Shown piece after piece: positions 38,650-48,487 of a stretch of 64,000 nt of DNA (its first letter is position 1; every line of letters starts with the position of its first letter). Both the position numbers and the translations under genes were made by a program. The stretch comes from Candidatus Krumholzibacteriia bacterium. Its GTDB lineage: Bacteria > Krumholzibacteriota > Krumholzibacteriia > JAJRXK01. The stretch is taken from contig JAOZPE010000002.1 in NCBI GenBank assembly GCA_029932915.1, positions 7,546 through 71,545 of the forward strand, given 5' to 3'. Under the pieces are notes generated by a model. That model searched no databases. It had not been told where the DNA came from and worked only from the letters and a program-made list of their open reading frames with translations.

Positions 38650-40383
38650 ATGAAATCCGTATTCCGGCCGGTGTTTCTCCTTCTGGCCGTCGTGTTCCTG
38701 TGTTCCACCGCCGCCCATGCCCAGGTCTCCTCTCCCGCGGCGGAGGAGACTTCCGCCACCCTCGATGAACAGACCCCAGCTGCGGCGAACACCACCGGCC
38801 TGCGCAGGCGGATCGACGACGATGTGGCCGCCCTGCACCGCTACGAGAAGCAGTTGGTGCATGCGAGCGGGGAGGACAGCCTCGTGCTGCGCCGTCAGAT
38901 CGCGAAGCATCAGCTGTCGGTGGTGGAGACCCTCCATCAGCTCGTCGACTTCCTGGTCAAGTCCGAGAAGAAGAACCCCCAGCCCGAGTTGCGCCGGGAT
39001 GTGGAGCGTACCTTCACCAGGGTGACGCCGCTTCTTCGGCCCTATGTGGATACCCTGCGCCGGGAGATCGACGAGCTGCGCGCCCGTCGCCCGTCCACTC
39101 CGGTGAAGGATCGTCTCCAGCTCGAGGATGAGATCGAGAGTCGAACCGAGTTCCTCGACAAGGTCTACCGCCTCTACAGCGAGCATCTGCTCAAGGGCCA
39201 GGCCCTCGGACTGGACATGTCCGAGGAGATCCGCCGTTTCAAGGAGTCGCTCCAGACCAGGGCCGACGAACTCTCCGGCCGTCTCGACCTCGCCATCGCC
39301 CGTGGAAACGAACTGAGCCTCCGTCACAAGGCCGATCCGTCGAACTCGGATACGCCGATCCTGATCATCGCGACCAAGAGGAGTGCCGACACCAATATAG
39401 AGAGCCTGCAGAACACCATCGATCTGATGGAGAAGTGGAAGCTGCCCAACAAGGTCTACCGGACCCAGCTGGTGGCGACGACCCACGACATCAGTTCGGG
39501 GATCTTCAATGTGAACGTGGCGGGCAATCTGTTCAGCCGGTGGATGAAGAGCATCACCACCTGGTTCTCGCACAATGGGGCGAAGATCGCGGTCAAGATC
39601 CTGCTGTTCGCGATCATCCTCCTCGCCTCCCGGATGCTCGCGCAAGTGGTCCGAAGGGGCCTCGACCGCGCTCTGCGATCGTCGAAGGTGAGGATCACCG
39701 AACTGCTGCGGCGGATGATCGTCAACACCACCTACAACATCCTGATGCTCATCGGAACCCTGATCGCGCTGGCGCAGTTCGGGATCAGCCTGGGGCCGAT
39801 CATGGCCGGCCTGGGTGTGGCCGGCTTCATCATCGGTTTCGCGCTGCAGGATACCCTGGCGAACTTCGCATCGGGCATGATGATCCTGTTCTACCGGCCG
39901 TATGATGTCGGAGACGTGGTGGAGATCGCCGGCGTCTTCGGCAAGGTCGACAAGATGAGCCTTGTGTCGACGAGCATCCTCACCTTCGACCATCAGACCA
40001 TGGTCGTGCCCAACAACAAGATCTGGGGCGACGTCATCAAGAACGTGACCGATCAGAAGATCCGCCGTGTCGACCTCGTCTTCGGGATCTCCTACAGTGA
40101 TGACATCGAGAAGGCGGAGAAGGTGCTGGCGGAGATCCTGCAGCAGCACGAGAAGGTCCTGGACAATCCCGCGCCCATGGTGCGCCTGCACGAACTCAAC
40201 GACTCGTCGGTCGACTTCGTGGTCCGGCCCTGGGTGAAGACCGATGACTACTGGGATGTCTACTGGGACATCACCCGCGCGGTGAAGCTGCGCTTCGACG
40301 AGGAGGGGATCTCCATCCCCTTCCCCCAGCAGGACGTGCACCTGTACGGAGAACCCCCTACAGACCCGGGAGATCGTTCATGA
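38650..40383 (+). CDS. mechanosensitive ion channel, MscS family (with a long N-terminal periplasmic coiled-coil domain)
   Basis: Signal peptide. MscS core PYDVGDVVEIAGVFGKVDKMSLVSTSILTFDHQTMVVPNNKIWGDVIKN. Confidence 0.85.
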   Translation: MKSVFRPVFLLLAVVFLCSTAAHAQVSSPAAEETSATLDEQTPAAANTTGLRRRIDDDVAALHRYEKQLVHASGEDSLVLRRQIAKHQLSVVETLHQLVDFLVKSEKKNPQPELRRDVERTFTRVTPLLRPYVDTLRREIDELRARRPSTPVKDRLQLEDEIESRTEFLDKVYRLYSEHLLKGQALGLDMSEEIRRFKESLQTRADELSGRLDLAIARGNELSLRHKADPSNSDTPILIIATKRSADTNIESLQNTIDLMEKWKLPNKVYRTQLVATTHDISSGIFNVNVAGNLFSRWMKSITTWFSHNGAKIAVKILLFAIILLASRMLAQVVRRGLDRALRSSKVRITELLRRMIVNTTYNILMLIGTLIALAQFGISLGPIMAGLGVAGFIIGFALQDTLANFASGMMILFYRPYDVGDVVEIAGVFGKVDKMSLVSTSILTFDHQTMVVPNNKIWGDVIKNVTDQKIRRVDLVFGISYSDDIEKAEKVLAEILQQHEKVLDNPAPMVRLHELNDSSVDFVVRPWVKTDDYWDVYWDITRAVKLRFDEEGISIPFPQQDVHLYGEPPTDPGDRS

Positions 40384-40787
40384 ACACCGTCTTCGTCAAC
40401 GGCGTGCAATACGAGTACGCCACCCGCTGGCAGAGATTCCTCGGTCAGTTCCTGGACGGCCTCATCTATACCGCCATCGTCTTCATTCCGGCGATGATCC
40501 TGGGCGCGTTCCTGCGCGAGAACCTCGTGGTGGTCATCGCCATGCTTCCCGCGCTGTGGTACCTCCTTTTCCAGGACGGCATGCCCGGAGGACAGAGTCT
40601 GGGCAAGAAGGGGGTCGACACCCGGGTCATCGACGCCAGGACCGGGCGGCCCTGCAGCTATGGCCAGTCCTTCCTCCGCAATCTGTCGTTGATCGTGCTC
40701 AGTTGGATCGACTGGATCTTCATCTTCGGCGAGAAGCACCAGCGTCTGGGCGACAAGCTCGCGGGCACGGTGGTGGTGAAGGCCTGA
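40380..40787 (+). CDS. RDD family membrane protein
   Basis: 135 aa with two or three TM helices and conserved Arg/Asp positions. The start overlaps the mscS stop (ATGA). Confidence 0.55.
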   Translation: MNTVFVNGVQYEYATRWQRFLGQFLDGLIYTAIVFIPAMILGAFLRENLVVVIAMLPALWYLLFQDGMPGGQSLGKKGVDTRVIDARTGRPCSYGQSFLRNLSLIVLSWIDWIFIFGEKHQRLGDKLAGTVVVKA

Positions 40788-40868
40788 ACCGGTGGGGCCG
40801 CGGGCCTTCATCAGCTGTTCGGGCCGTCACCATCCGTCGATCCTCAACCCTGCCGGGAGGCGATTCCG

Positions 40869-41915
40869 ATGAGCCGGAGCACCCGCGCCATCCGTATCGA
40901 GAAACTCGGTCCACCGGAGGTCCTGGTGGAGCGCGAAGTTCCCCTGGCCGATCCCGGTCCGGGCCAACTGCAGTTGCGGGTGGAGGCCGCCGGAGTGAAC
41001 TTCGCCGATCTGATCATGCGCCTGGGCATGTACCGGACCGTCCCACCGCGTCCCTTCGCCCCGGGCTTCGAGGTGGCCGGAGTCATCGAGCGCCTCGGCC
41101 CGGGCACCGAGGATCGCTGGAAGGTGGGCACGCCGGTGGTGGCCCTGATGCGCTACGGCGGCTACTCCCGCGAGGTCATCGTCGAGGCGGCCAATACCTT
41201 CCCCCGTCTGTCCCAGTGGGATGCGATCACTGCCGCGGCCATCCCGGTGGTCTTCCTCACCGCCTGGGCCGCCCTCTTCGAGGGAGCCCACGCCCGCTCC
41301 GGGCAGACCGCTCTGGTGACCAACGCCGGGGGTGGGGTGGGGACGGCAGCAGTGCAGTTGGCGGTGGCCGAGGGTCTGCGCGTCTACGGCACGGCGGGAA
41401 CGCCGGTCAAGCGCAGCTTCGTGGTCGACGAACTGGGTGCTGTCGACTGTTTCGATTCACGCGGCGACTGGTATACACCCATGAAGGATGCCGTCGGCGA
41501 GCGCGGTCTGGACATCGCGCTGGACTCGATGGGTGGAGATGACACCAAGCGTCTGGCCTCGCTCCTGGCGCCGCTGGGACATCTGGCCTTCTACGGAATG
41601 AGCAACGCGATCACCTCGAAGTGGTGGCACTGGCCGAAGGCCGCCTGGACCTGGCTGCGCATGCCCCGTTTTCATCCCATGTCGCTCATGGAGCCGTGCA
41701 TCGGCGTCTCCGGGGTGCATCTGTTGCACCTGGCCTCGCGGGAGGACCGGCTGCGCGAGGCCTTCAACCAGATCCTTCAGCGCTTCGCCGAGGGGAAGCT
41801 GCGCGCGGTGGTCGATTCCACCTTCCCGTTGACCGCGGCCGGTGCCGCCGCGGCGCATCGCCGCTTGCACGATCGTCAAAACCTGGGCAAGGTGGTCCTG
41901 GTGCGGGAGGATTGA
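40869..41915 (+). CDS. NADPH:quinone oxidoreductase / zinc-type alcohol dehydrogenase (MDR) family
   Basis: GVNFADL, nucleotide-binding [15 protein letters not shown], and a typical MDR length of 348 aa. Confidence 0.8.
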   Translation: MSRSTRAIRIEKLGPPEVLVEREVPLADPGPGQLQLRVEAAGVNFADLIMRLGMYRTVPPRPFAPGFEVAGVIERLGPGTEDRWKVGTPVVALMRYGGYSREVIVEAANTFPRLSQWDAITAAAIPVVFLTAWAALFEGAHARSGQTALVTNAGGGVGTAAVQLAVAEGLRVYGTAGTPVKRSFVVDELGAVDCFDSRGDWYTPMKDAVGERGLDIALDSMGGDDTKRLASLLAPLGHLAFYGMSNAITSKWWHWPKAAWTWLRMPRFHPMSLMEPCIGVSGVHLLHLASREDRLREAFNQILQRFAEGKLRAVVDSTFPLTAAGAAAAHRRLHDRQNLGKVVLVRED

Positions 41916-41986
41916 CCCGGTCCTTTCGAGGCCGAAGTGCATTTCATCCCGATTCCGGCGCTCGCACGAGTGCAAAGGAGGCGACA

Positions 41987-42676
41987 ATGCCCATGAGCAG
42001 GAAACTGGGAGCTGAGTTCATCGGCACCTTCTGGCTGGTACTGGGCGGATGTGGCAGCGCGGTTCTCGCGGCGGCCTTCCCCCAGTTGGGAATCGGATTC
42101 GCCGGGGTGGCCCTGGCCTTCGGCCTGACCGTCCTGACCATGGTGTACGCCGTCGGCCCCATCTCGGGCGCCCACCTCAACCCGGCCGTCTCGGTGGGGT
42201 TGTGGGCGGGTGGACGTTTCCCGGGCCGGGAGCTGCTGCCCTATGTGGTGGTGCAGGTGGTCGGTGCCATCGCGGCCGCCGCGGTTCTCTATGTGATCGC
42301 AACGGGCAAGGCAGGCTTCGAACTGGGTGGCTTCGCGGCCAACGGATACGGTGCACACTCTCCGGGCGGCTATTCGCTGAGAGCCGCGCTGGTGACCGAG
42401 ATCGTCATGACCTTCATGTTCCTCGTCATCATCCTGGGAGCCACGCATCGGCGCGCGCCGGCAGGTTTCGCCGGTATCGCCATCGGTCTGGGGCTGACCC
42501 TGATCCACCTCATCAGCATTCCGGTGACCAACACCTCGGTGAACCCGGCTCGCAGCACCGGCCAGGCCATCTTCGTCGGAGACTGGGCGCTGTCGCAGTT
42601 GTGGCTGTTCTGGCTCGCGCCCATCGTCGGCGCGGTGATCGCCGGAATCGTCTTCCGGTGGTTGGAGAGCGAGTAG
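41987..42676 (+). CDS. aqpZ: aquaporin Z
   Basis: AAGGAGG RBS. Two NPA boxes ([13 protein letters not shown]). 229 aa. Confidence 0.9.
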   Translation: MPMSRKLGAEFIGTFWLVLGGCGSAVLAAAFPQLGIGFAGVALAFGLTVLTMVYAVGPISGAHLNPAVSVGLWAGGRFPGRELLPYVVVQVVGAIAAAAVLYVIATGKAGFELGGFAANGYGAHSPGGYSLRAALVTEIVMTFMFLVIILGATHRRAPAGFAGIAIGLGLTLIHLISIPVTNTSVNPARSTGQAIFVGDWALSQLWLFWLAPIVGAVIAGIVFRWLESE

Positions 42677-42709
42677 GATCGTCGAAGTGTCTCCAGGCAG
42701 GATGGGATC

Positions 42710-43468
42710 ATGAGCGATGAGCGTTTCCGGCCCGGGGAGGATGCCTCCTCCCCGGACGAGCCCCTCTTCTCCGAGGAACTTCTCCGGCGGCGGGAGGAAC
42801 TGCGCCGGCGCTTCCGGGACAGGATCGAAGCGACGCCGGCCCTGTCCGACGACGATCCCATCGGCAGCGGGCCGCCGAACCGCCACGGAATGCCCCGTCT
42901 TCCGGTGGGGCAGACGGAGACCGCCAAGTGGCCGGTGCTCGATCTGGGCGTGCAGCCGGAGATCCCGCTGGAGCGCTGGGAACTCGTGGTCGACGGGGCC
43001 TGCCGCAATCCCCTGAAGCTGGGCTGGGAAGACTTCCTGCGCATCGGCGCGGTCGAGGACACCAGCGATTTCCACTGCGTGACTTCCTGGTCGAAGATGG
43101 ATTTGAGGTGGAAGGGGGTGCGGGTGGTCGACGTGCTCGCCCTGGCCGAGGTGGAGACGGAGGCCACACACCTGCTCTGCCACGCCTACGATCGCTACAC
43201 CACGAACGTGCCCCTGGAAGAGGCGATCAAGGACGATGTACTGCTGGTCTTCGAGGTCGACGGCCAACCCCTGCCGCGCGAGCACGGCGGTCCGGTGCGG
43301 ATGATCACTCCCCAGCTCTACGCCTGGAAGGGCGCGAAGTGGATCCGCCGGATCGAGCTGTTGACCGAGGACCATCCCGGATTCTGGGAGCGGCGGGGCT
43401 ACTCGAACACCGCCCATCCCTGGCGCAACGACCGCTACTCCACCGGTGAGGACGAGTTCGGATTCTAG
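42710..43468 (+). CDS. molybdopterin-dependent oxidoreductase, sulfite-oxidase-like (YedY/MsrP-type catalytic domain)
   Basis: Mo-ligand cysteine context DFHCVTSWSKMDLRWKGV and a single Oxidored_molyb-like domain of 252 aa. Confidence 0.7.
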   Translation: MSDERFRPGEDASSPDEPLFSEELLRRREELRRRFRDRIEATPALSDDDPIGSGPPNRHGMPRLPVGQTETAKWPVLDLGVQPEIPLERWELVVDGACRNPLKLGWEDFLRIGAVEDTSDFHCVTSWSKMDLRWKGVRVVDVLALAEVETEATHLLCHAYDRYTTNVPLEEAIKDDVLLVFEVDGQPLPREHGGPVRMITPQLYAWKGAKWIRRIELLTEDHPGFWERRGYSNTAHPWRNDRYSTGEDEFGF

Positions 43469-43547
43469 CCGAGGATCCTCTCGTCAAGGGGCGCCGAGAC
43501 CCTGGCCGAGATGCTCCGCCGAGGCCGCGTGACCACGGCGCTCACCC

Positions 43548-44921
43548 TCAAAGGTTCAGCGACAGACCAAGCATGAGCTTCAGGCGACGGTAGTCGACGT
43601 GGACCCTGGAGTCGACGACCTCGTTCTCGTCGCCGCCGGGCACGAACAATTGGATGGAGTTCGCCCCGAAGGAATACCCGGCGCCGAGGGTGATCCGGGT
43701 GCTCTTGATACCGATCTCCACGCCTCCGGTGATCTGGTAGATGTTCCAGTCGGCGAAGGTGATATCGCCCTCGCCGGAGGGTACGGCGGCGGAGTAGTCG
43801 GTTGCGAAGGAGCCGTAGGAATAGATCGTATTGGAGAGAGGGACCTCGATTCCCAGGCCCCAATTGATCACCGAGCGAAGCTCCTGGACCTTCACCGGGG
43901 CGATCTCCTCGCCTCCGGTCTGGGGTGAGTAGGGGGCGAGCTGGACCACGTCATACTGTTCGACGGCGTCGAACCACTCCACCGAGAAATGCAGGGTGCC
44001 GCGGTGTCCGCTCCAGGAACCGCCCAGTCCCACCGACCACGGGTTGTGGAAGTGGGCGTCGAGACCATCCTGATAACTGGAGCTGAGAAGAGGATCGACC
44101 GACGCCTCACCCGAAGAGGGGCTCTGCGCGTCGGCCCTCTGCCGGAAGTAGCTTCCCTGGCCGAAGAGATCCAATCCCGGGGTCATCAGCGTCAGGCCCA
44201 GGGAATAGGAAGCGCGTTGGTAGCTCACTCCCAGCTTCACCAGCAGCCTCGCATTCCAGTAGTCGAGATCCTCCAGGCCAGTGACCAGGGCGACCGAGCC
44301 GTCGGCCGGATCCACCACCGCCGCGTCCAGATCGCTGCGGTTGCGCTGGCTGTGGACGGCTCCGTAGAGGGTGGCTCCCAGTCCCACGTGCGGGTTCAGG
44401 GGCATGGCCCAGGTGATCCCTCCCCAGTATTCGGAGAGGTTCTGCTGGAGGCGGCCTTCCCCGGACTTGACCAGGGCGTCCGGATCGTCGGTGGGCATGG
44501 GGTCGACACGACGTCCCTTGATCTCGAAGGAGCTGCGGTGCCGGGTGAGGATGGAATACGCGAGGTGGTCGTTCCCCAGCCAGGAGAAGGGGATCTCACC
44601 GGCGAGGAAATCGGGAGCTTCACCCACGCGGTCACTGGTGAGATCGATCTGCTCGTCCGAGAGCGAGGGCATCTTCATGGAGACGTACTGGAAGACCTTG
44701 GTCGCGAGCAGGAAGTTCGTGTCCTTCAGCAGACCGAGGGCCCCGGGGTTGTAGTAGACCGCGCTGAGGTCCTTCACGCTTCCGATGACCACGCCTCCCA
44801 GCAGATTCGCCTGCGTCCCGAACTGTTCGTCCCAGTATTGGGCGTCCTGGGCCCCGGCTCGGCCGGCCGAGAGCAGCAGCGCAGCGGTGAGAAGGTGTCG
44901 TAGCAGGTACCTGGACTTCAT
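43548..44921 (-). CDS. outer-membrane beta-barrel protein (FadL/OmpP1/TodX-like)
   Basis: ATG 44921 with GAGGG RBS. Signal peptide MKSRYLLRHLLTAALLLSAGRAGAQ. Alternating amphipathic beta strands with abundant Gly/Tyr. Confidence 0.45.
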   Translation of the reverse strand: MKSRYLLRHLLTAALLLSAGRAGAQDAQYWDEQFGTQANLLGGVVIGSVKDLSAVYYNPGALGLLKDTNFLLATKVFQYVSMKMPSLSDEQIDLTSDRVGEAPDFLAGEIPFSWLGNDHLAYSILTRHRSSFEIKGRRVDPMPTDDPDALVKSGEGRLQQNLSEYWGGITWAMPLNPHVGLGATLYGAVHSQRNRSDLDAAVVDPADGSVALVTGLEDLDYWNARLLVKLGVSYQRASYSLGLTLMTPGLDLFGQGSYFRQRADAQSPSSGEASVDPLLSSSYQDGLDAHFHNPWSVGLGGSWSGHRGTLHFSVEWFDAVEQYDVVQLAPYSPQTGGEEIAPVKVQELRSVINWGLGIEVPLSNTIYSYGSFATDYSAAVPSGEGDITFADWNIYQITGGVEIGIKSTRITLGAGYSFGANSIQLFVPGGDENEVVDSRVHVDYRRLKLMLGLSLNL

Positions 44922-45577
44922 CGTTCCCTCGTATTCTCTATGGTGAACCACTGGAGTGCCGTCGACAGGGCCTTCTCCGCCGAGAGCATCGGCTGGAACA
45001 GCGCTCCGTCGAGCGAACGGCTGACGGTGGGAGGGGTGACACCCCGGGCCCGGGCCACGTCCTTGAGCCGGCGGTGACGGCGGGCCAGGGCGATGGTCTC
45101 CCGCTGCCGGGGCTTCCATCTCTCGCGCACGGCGCCCATCAGGTGCAGCAGACCGTCGAGGATCGCTTCCTGTGCCCGAGGGAACCCGCGGGCGCAGGCC
45201 CATGCCTCCTTGCGGGCAGCCGCCTGCAGCGCCTCGTGGGCGCGGAGGAAGGCCGGCCCGTGCATGTGATGCACGCGGCCGCGCAGGGGTGTCGTGAGTT
45301 CTCCCCAACCCAGCCCGAAGCGCAGCGGCACGCCGGGCAACTCGGCCTCGAGGGCGGCGATGAGTCGGGGCAGGGCGGAGGGCTCGCGCAACAGGGCCTG
45401 GAAGGTCAGCCCGGAGACGAGATCGAGGGGCGTGCGGAGGATCCGGCGGTGCAGGCGGGAGACCTCGTCGAGGGCCCGCTCCAGCCGCTGGAAGGAGCCG
45501 GTCGAATCGGGGCCCGTCTCGGGGCCAAGGCGGATTCCCTCCACGAGCAGGTAGTGTTCATGATCCACACTAGTCAT
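44918..45577 (-). CDS. hypothetical regulatory protein with a C-terminal sigma-70-region-4/LuxR-like HTH (SatD-like architecture)
   Basis: C-terminal RETIALARRHRRLKDVARARGVTPPTVSRSL. The stop overlaps the start of the beta-barrel gene by 4 nt. Confidence 0.4.
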   Translation of the reverse strand: MTSVDHEHYLLVEGIRLGPETGPDSTGSFQRLERALDEVSRLHRRILRTPLDLVSGLTFQALLREPSALPRLIAALEAELPGVPLRFGLGWGELTTPLRGRVHHMHGPAFLRAHEALQAAARKEAWACARGFPRAQEAILDGLLHLMGAVRERWKPRQRETIALARRHRRLKDVARARGVTPPTVSRSLDGALFQPMLSAEKALSTALQWFTIENTRER

Positions 45578-45665
45578 GAATCAAATGCTATTATCATACA
45601 AACAAAGATATTCAAGAGAAAATAGCATCATAAAGCATAATAATAGCAATAAGATGGAAAATGGT
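45578..45665. promoter_or_regulatory. AT-rich island (about 70% AT) in a 68% GC genome; likely promoter/operator region at a divergent gene junction
   Basis: tcaaatgctattatcatacaaacaaagatattcaagagaaaatagcatcataaagcataataatagcaataagatggaaaatggttgtttcaaac. Internal repeats of atagca / aagcat. Confidence 0.45.
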
Positions 45666-45805
45666 TGTTTCAAACAAAACCCTCTGCGTCTCTTTTCCGG
45701 TGGCCGACGAGCGCCCCTTTCGCCCGCTGCGCTCTTCTTCTATCGTGGAGCGCGCAAGGGCGGGATTCCTTCTCCTGCCCTCCTTCTCCCATCGAGAGGT
45801 CGACG

Positions 45806-46402
45806 ATGTTCACCTGGCTGGAGGGACATTGGGAACTGGTGGTCTTCCCCCTGGTCGGGGCGGCCATCGGTGCCGTCACGAACGACGTGGCCATCCGCAT
45901 GTTGTTCCGGCCCTACCGCGCCTGGCACCTGGGAAGCTGGAGGGTGCCCTTCACGCCCGGTCTCATTCCCGCCCAGCGGGCGGTCATCGCCCGCAACATC
46001 GCCGAGACCTTCGAGGAGAATCTCCTGTCCACGCGCGAGGTCCACGAATTCCTCAGCGGCGAGATGGTCCGTGAGAAGGTCGCAGCCAAGGTCGCCGAGA
46101 TGCTCGACGGCCTCGGGCCTCTGGCTCCCTTGGTTCGAGGCTTCGAAGGGATGATCACTGACCATCTCTTGAAGGGTCTGGAGGAGATGGCCGAAGAGGC
46201 GGTGAGCGAGGGCTCGGGTTTCGACGTGGCCCGCCGCATCGAGGATCGCATCAACGCCATGGACGTCGCCGAACTCGAGCGCTTGATCCTGGGTTTCTCG
46301 CGCCGCCAGTTCCGGCACATCACCTTCTTCGGCGGCGTCCTGGGCTTCTGGATCGGCCTCTTGCAGGCGGCGATGAGCCTGGCCGTGCGCGGCGCCTTCT
46401 GA
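45806..46402 (+). CDS. DUF445 family membrane protein
   Basis: GAGAGG RBS, ATG 45806. C-terminal ILGFSRRQFRHITFFGGVLGFWIGLLQ, typical of DUF445. Confidence 0.5.
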   Translation: MFTWLEGHWELVVFPLVGAAIGAVTNDVAIRMLFRPYRAWHLGSWRVPFTPGLIPAQRAVIARNIAETFEENLLSTREVHEFLSGEMVREKVAAKVAEMLDGLGPLAPLVRGFEGMITDHLLKGLEEMAEEAVSEGSGFDVARRIEDRINAMDVAELERLILGFSRRQFRHITFFGGVLGFWIGLLQAAMSLAVRGAF

Positions 46403-46474
46403 GCTGCCGCCCCTCGGGCATCACGTCCCATCCGCCGGAGCCTCGAGGGCGCTGCTTGCTCGTCCACCCGCAGC

Positions 46475-48205
46475 TCAGGCGTCGCGTCCCAGGCCGACCT
46501 GCCGGAGCATCGCGCGTGGTCCGCGCCGGAAGAGCGAACTCAGCAGCATCAGGGCGAAGAGCGCCATCCCCAGCTTCTGCCACCAGTGGATGCTCTCGCC
46601 GGCGCGGTCCAGGGGGGGCAAGCTCGCGGCCAGACCGGGAATGAGATTGACGATCCAACCCATGACGATCGCCCCGGCGGGGACGGTGAGCAGGACGATC
46701 CAGGCCGCCCTTCCGCGGTGGACGCCCTTGACCGCGCCGAAGGTGGTCACGTTCGTCGCCGGACCGGTGAGCAGGAAGGCCAGCACCGCACCGACGGTGG
46801 CTCCCTTGGCCAGCAGCACGGCGGCCACCGGAGTGGCTCCGGACGCGCAGATGTAGAAGGGGGTGGCCAGTGCTGCGAAGAGGGGAACCTGGACCATGGC
46901 GGGGATGATCGTGAGCAGGCCGTCCACCAGGAGGGGTTCCATCAGGCCGCCGACGAGGATGCCCGCCAGCACCCAGGGTCCCAGATCGTCGAAGAGTTCG
47001 TGCATGCCGAAGGCCAGCGCCCGCCGCAGATCGTTGGGCGGTGGTGGCGTGAACGCCTTCTGGGCCGCATCGCTCCGCGACGCCGGAGACACCTTCCCCG
47101 CCACCAAACCGGCGAGCAGGGCGGCGAGGAAGGCCGCCCCCAGCCGCACTGCGGTGATGCGCACCCCCAGCAGGGGCAGGGAGATCAGCAGCGAATCGAG
47201 ACCGAGTTCGGGGGTGGCCACCAGGAAGGCCGTCGCCGCCGCGGCGGGAACGCCCTGGGCGTGGAGGCTGCGGTACAGCGGGACCACGCCGCACGAACAG
47301 ATGGGAAGGGGGAGCCCGAAGAGGATGCCCTTCAGGGCGCTGCTCAGTTCGGTCCTTCCCTTGAGCAGACGAGAGAGGGAACGCGCGGGCACCATGGTCA
47401 GCAGTCCGGCGGCCACGAAGCCCACGACCACGGCCAGCGAGCTCTCCACGAAGAGATAGCCCATGTTCCGGAATCCCCGCTGCAGGACCGGGGGAACCGC
47501 GTTGGGCAGGAGGAAGAAGATGGCCAGCGCCAACACCGCACCCGCGCCTCCCCACGAGGGATGGGCCCGCCCGTCGCTGTGTGCGGCGTGGTGCCGGTGA
47601 TCCATGACCACGTGCAGGAGTCCGCCGGCCAGGAGCGAGAAGATCACTCCGGAGCCCACGCCGGTGCTCAAGGGCAGCAGGAAGGAACTCAGGGAGCTGC
47701 CGAGGAAGGTGGCGCCGGCGATGGCGGCGAGGATGGCGATGGCCACCCTCTTGCCCAGTTGGGGCTTCACCGACCACCAGATGAGCAGTCCCACCGGCAC
47801 GCGGTGCAAGAGGATGGCCACCGGCAGGCTCCAGTGTTCTTCGCCCGCTGCGTGTACGATGTGCTCGTTGGCGGCCAGGGCGGCGCCGTCGAGCGAGGCG
47901 TGCAGGATGAGACCGGCGATGGCCAACCACAGTACCGAGGTCGACTCGCCTCCCTCGCGCCGATGCAGTTTCTTCTCCGTGTACAGGGGAAGGAAGGCGC
48001 CCACCAGGGCCACCGGGATGCACCAGGCTCCGATGCTCTCGCGCGCGGAGGGCAGCAGGTGCAGCAGCGCCAGCCCACTGACCATGATGAGGATGAAACC
48101 GTCGAGGAAGTCGTGGAGCTGTGCCCGACGCTGGAGGAGCCCTGCCATCAGGGGACCCAGGACGAGGGCCACCGCGGCCAGGATCAATGCGGTGTGTGGG
48201 TTCAT
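46475..48205 (-). CDS. two-module permease: N-terminal His-rich ZIP-like metal-transporter-like domain fused to a DUF318/ArsP-type permease (CSC motif)
   Basis: ATG 48205 (MNPHTALILAAVALVLG). HVVMDHRHHAAHSDGRAHPSW. C-terminal LPLPICSCGVVPLY motif as in ArsP-like PF03773 permeases. Confidence 0.5.
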   Translation of the reverse strand: MNPHTALILAAVALVLGPLMAGLLQRRAQLHDFLDGFILIMVSGLALLHLLPSARESIGAWCIPVALVGAFLPLYTEKKLHRREGGESTSVLWLAIAGLILHASLDGAALAANEHIVHAAGEEHWSLPVAILLHRVPVGLLIWWSVKPQLGKRVAIAILAAIAGATFLGSSLSSFLLPLSTGVGSGVIFSLLAGGLLHVVMDHRHHAAHSDGRAHPSWGGAGAVLALAIFFLLPNAVPPVLQRGFRNMGYLFVESSLAVVVGFVAAGLLTMVPARSLSRLLKGRTELSSALKGILFGLPLPICSCGVVPLYRSLHAQGVPAAAATAFLVATPELGLDSLLISLPLLGVRITAVRLGAAFLAALLAGLVAGKVSPASRSDAAQKAFTPPPPNDLRRALAFGMHELFDDLGPWVLAGILVGGLMEPLLVDGLLTIIPAMVQVPLFAALATPFYICASGATPVAAVLLAKGATVGAVLAFLLTGPATNVTTFGAVKGVHRGRAAWIVLLTVPAGAIVMGWIVNLIPGLAASLPPLDRAGESIHWWQKLGMALFALMLLSSLFRRGPRAMLRQVGLGRDA

Positions 48206-48334
48206 CGCAGGTCGCTCACGAGCGTGCCGCCGTTTTCCGGGAGATGCCCACCAAGATAGCGCATGGGCCGAGCTTCGACCACGGGTGTGCACAATCCGGT
48301 GACGATGCTACATTTGGTGCGGTTCGCCCACGGG

Positions 48335-48470
48335 GGCGACGGCAACAGGTCCAGACGATGACAGACCCCGGCGATGGCAACGGACCCGGACGACGAGCCC
48401 CGGCGATGGCAACGGACCCAGATGACGACGGGCCCCGGCAAGGACGACGGGCCCAGGCGATGGTACCGAG
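48335..48470. repeat. about 3.5 tandem copies of a ~31-bp repeat in the 5' intergenic region of the PPIase gene
   Basis: ccccggcgatggcaacggacccggacgacgag / ccccggcgatggcaacggacccagatgacgacggg / ccccggcaaggacgacgggcccaggcgatgg. Confidence 0.55.
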
Positions 48471-48487
48471 TCCAGAGGAGATCTGTG

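Noticed and set aside
38413-40341. 642-aa minus-strand ORF
   Set aside because: Antisense to the MscS channel gene.
41876-43417. 513-aa minus-strand ORF
   Set aside because: Antisense to aqpZ and the sulfite-oxidase-like gene.
46586-48259. 557-aa plus-strand ORF
   Set aside because: Antisense to the fusion permease. His/Gly/Arg-rich junk translation.
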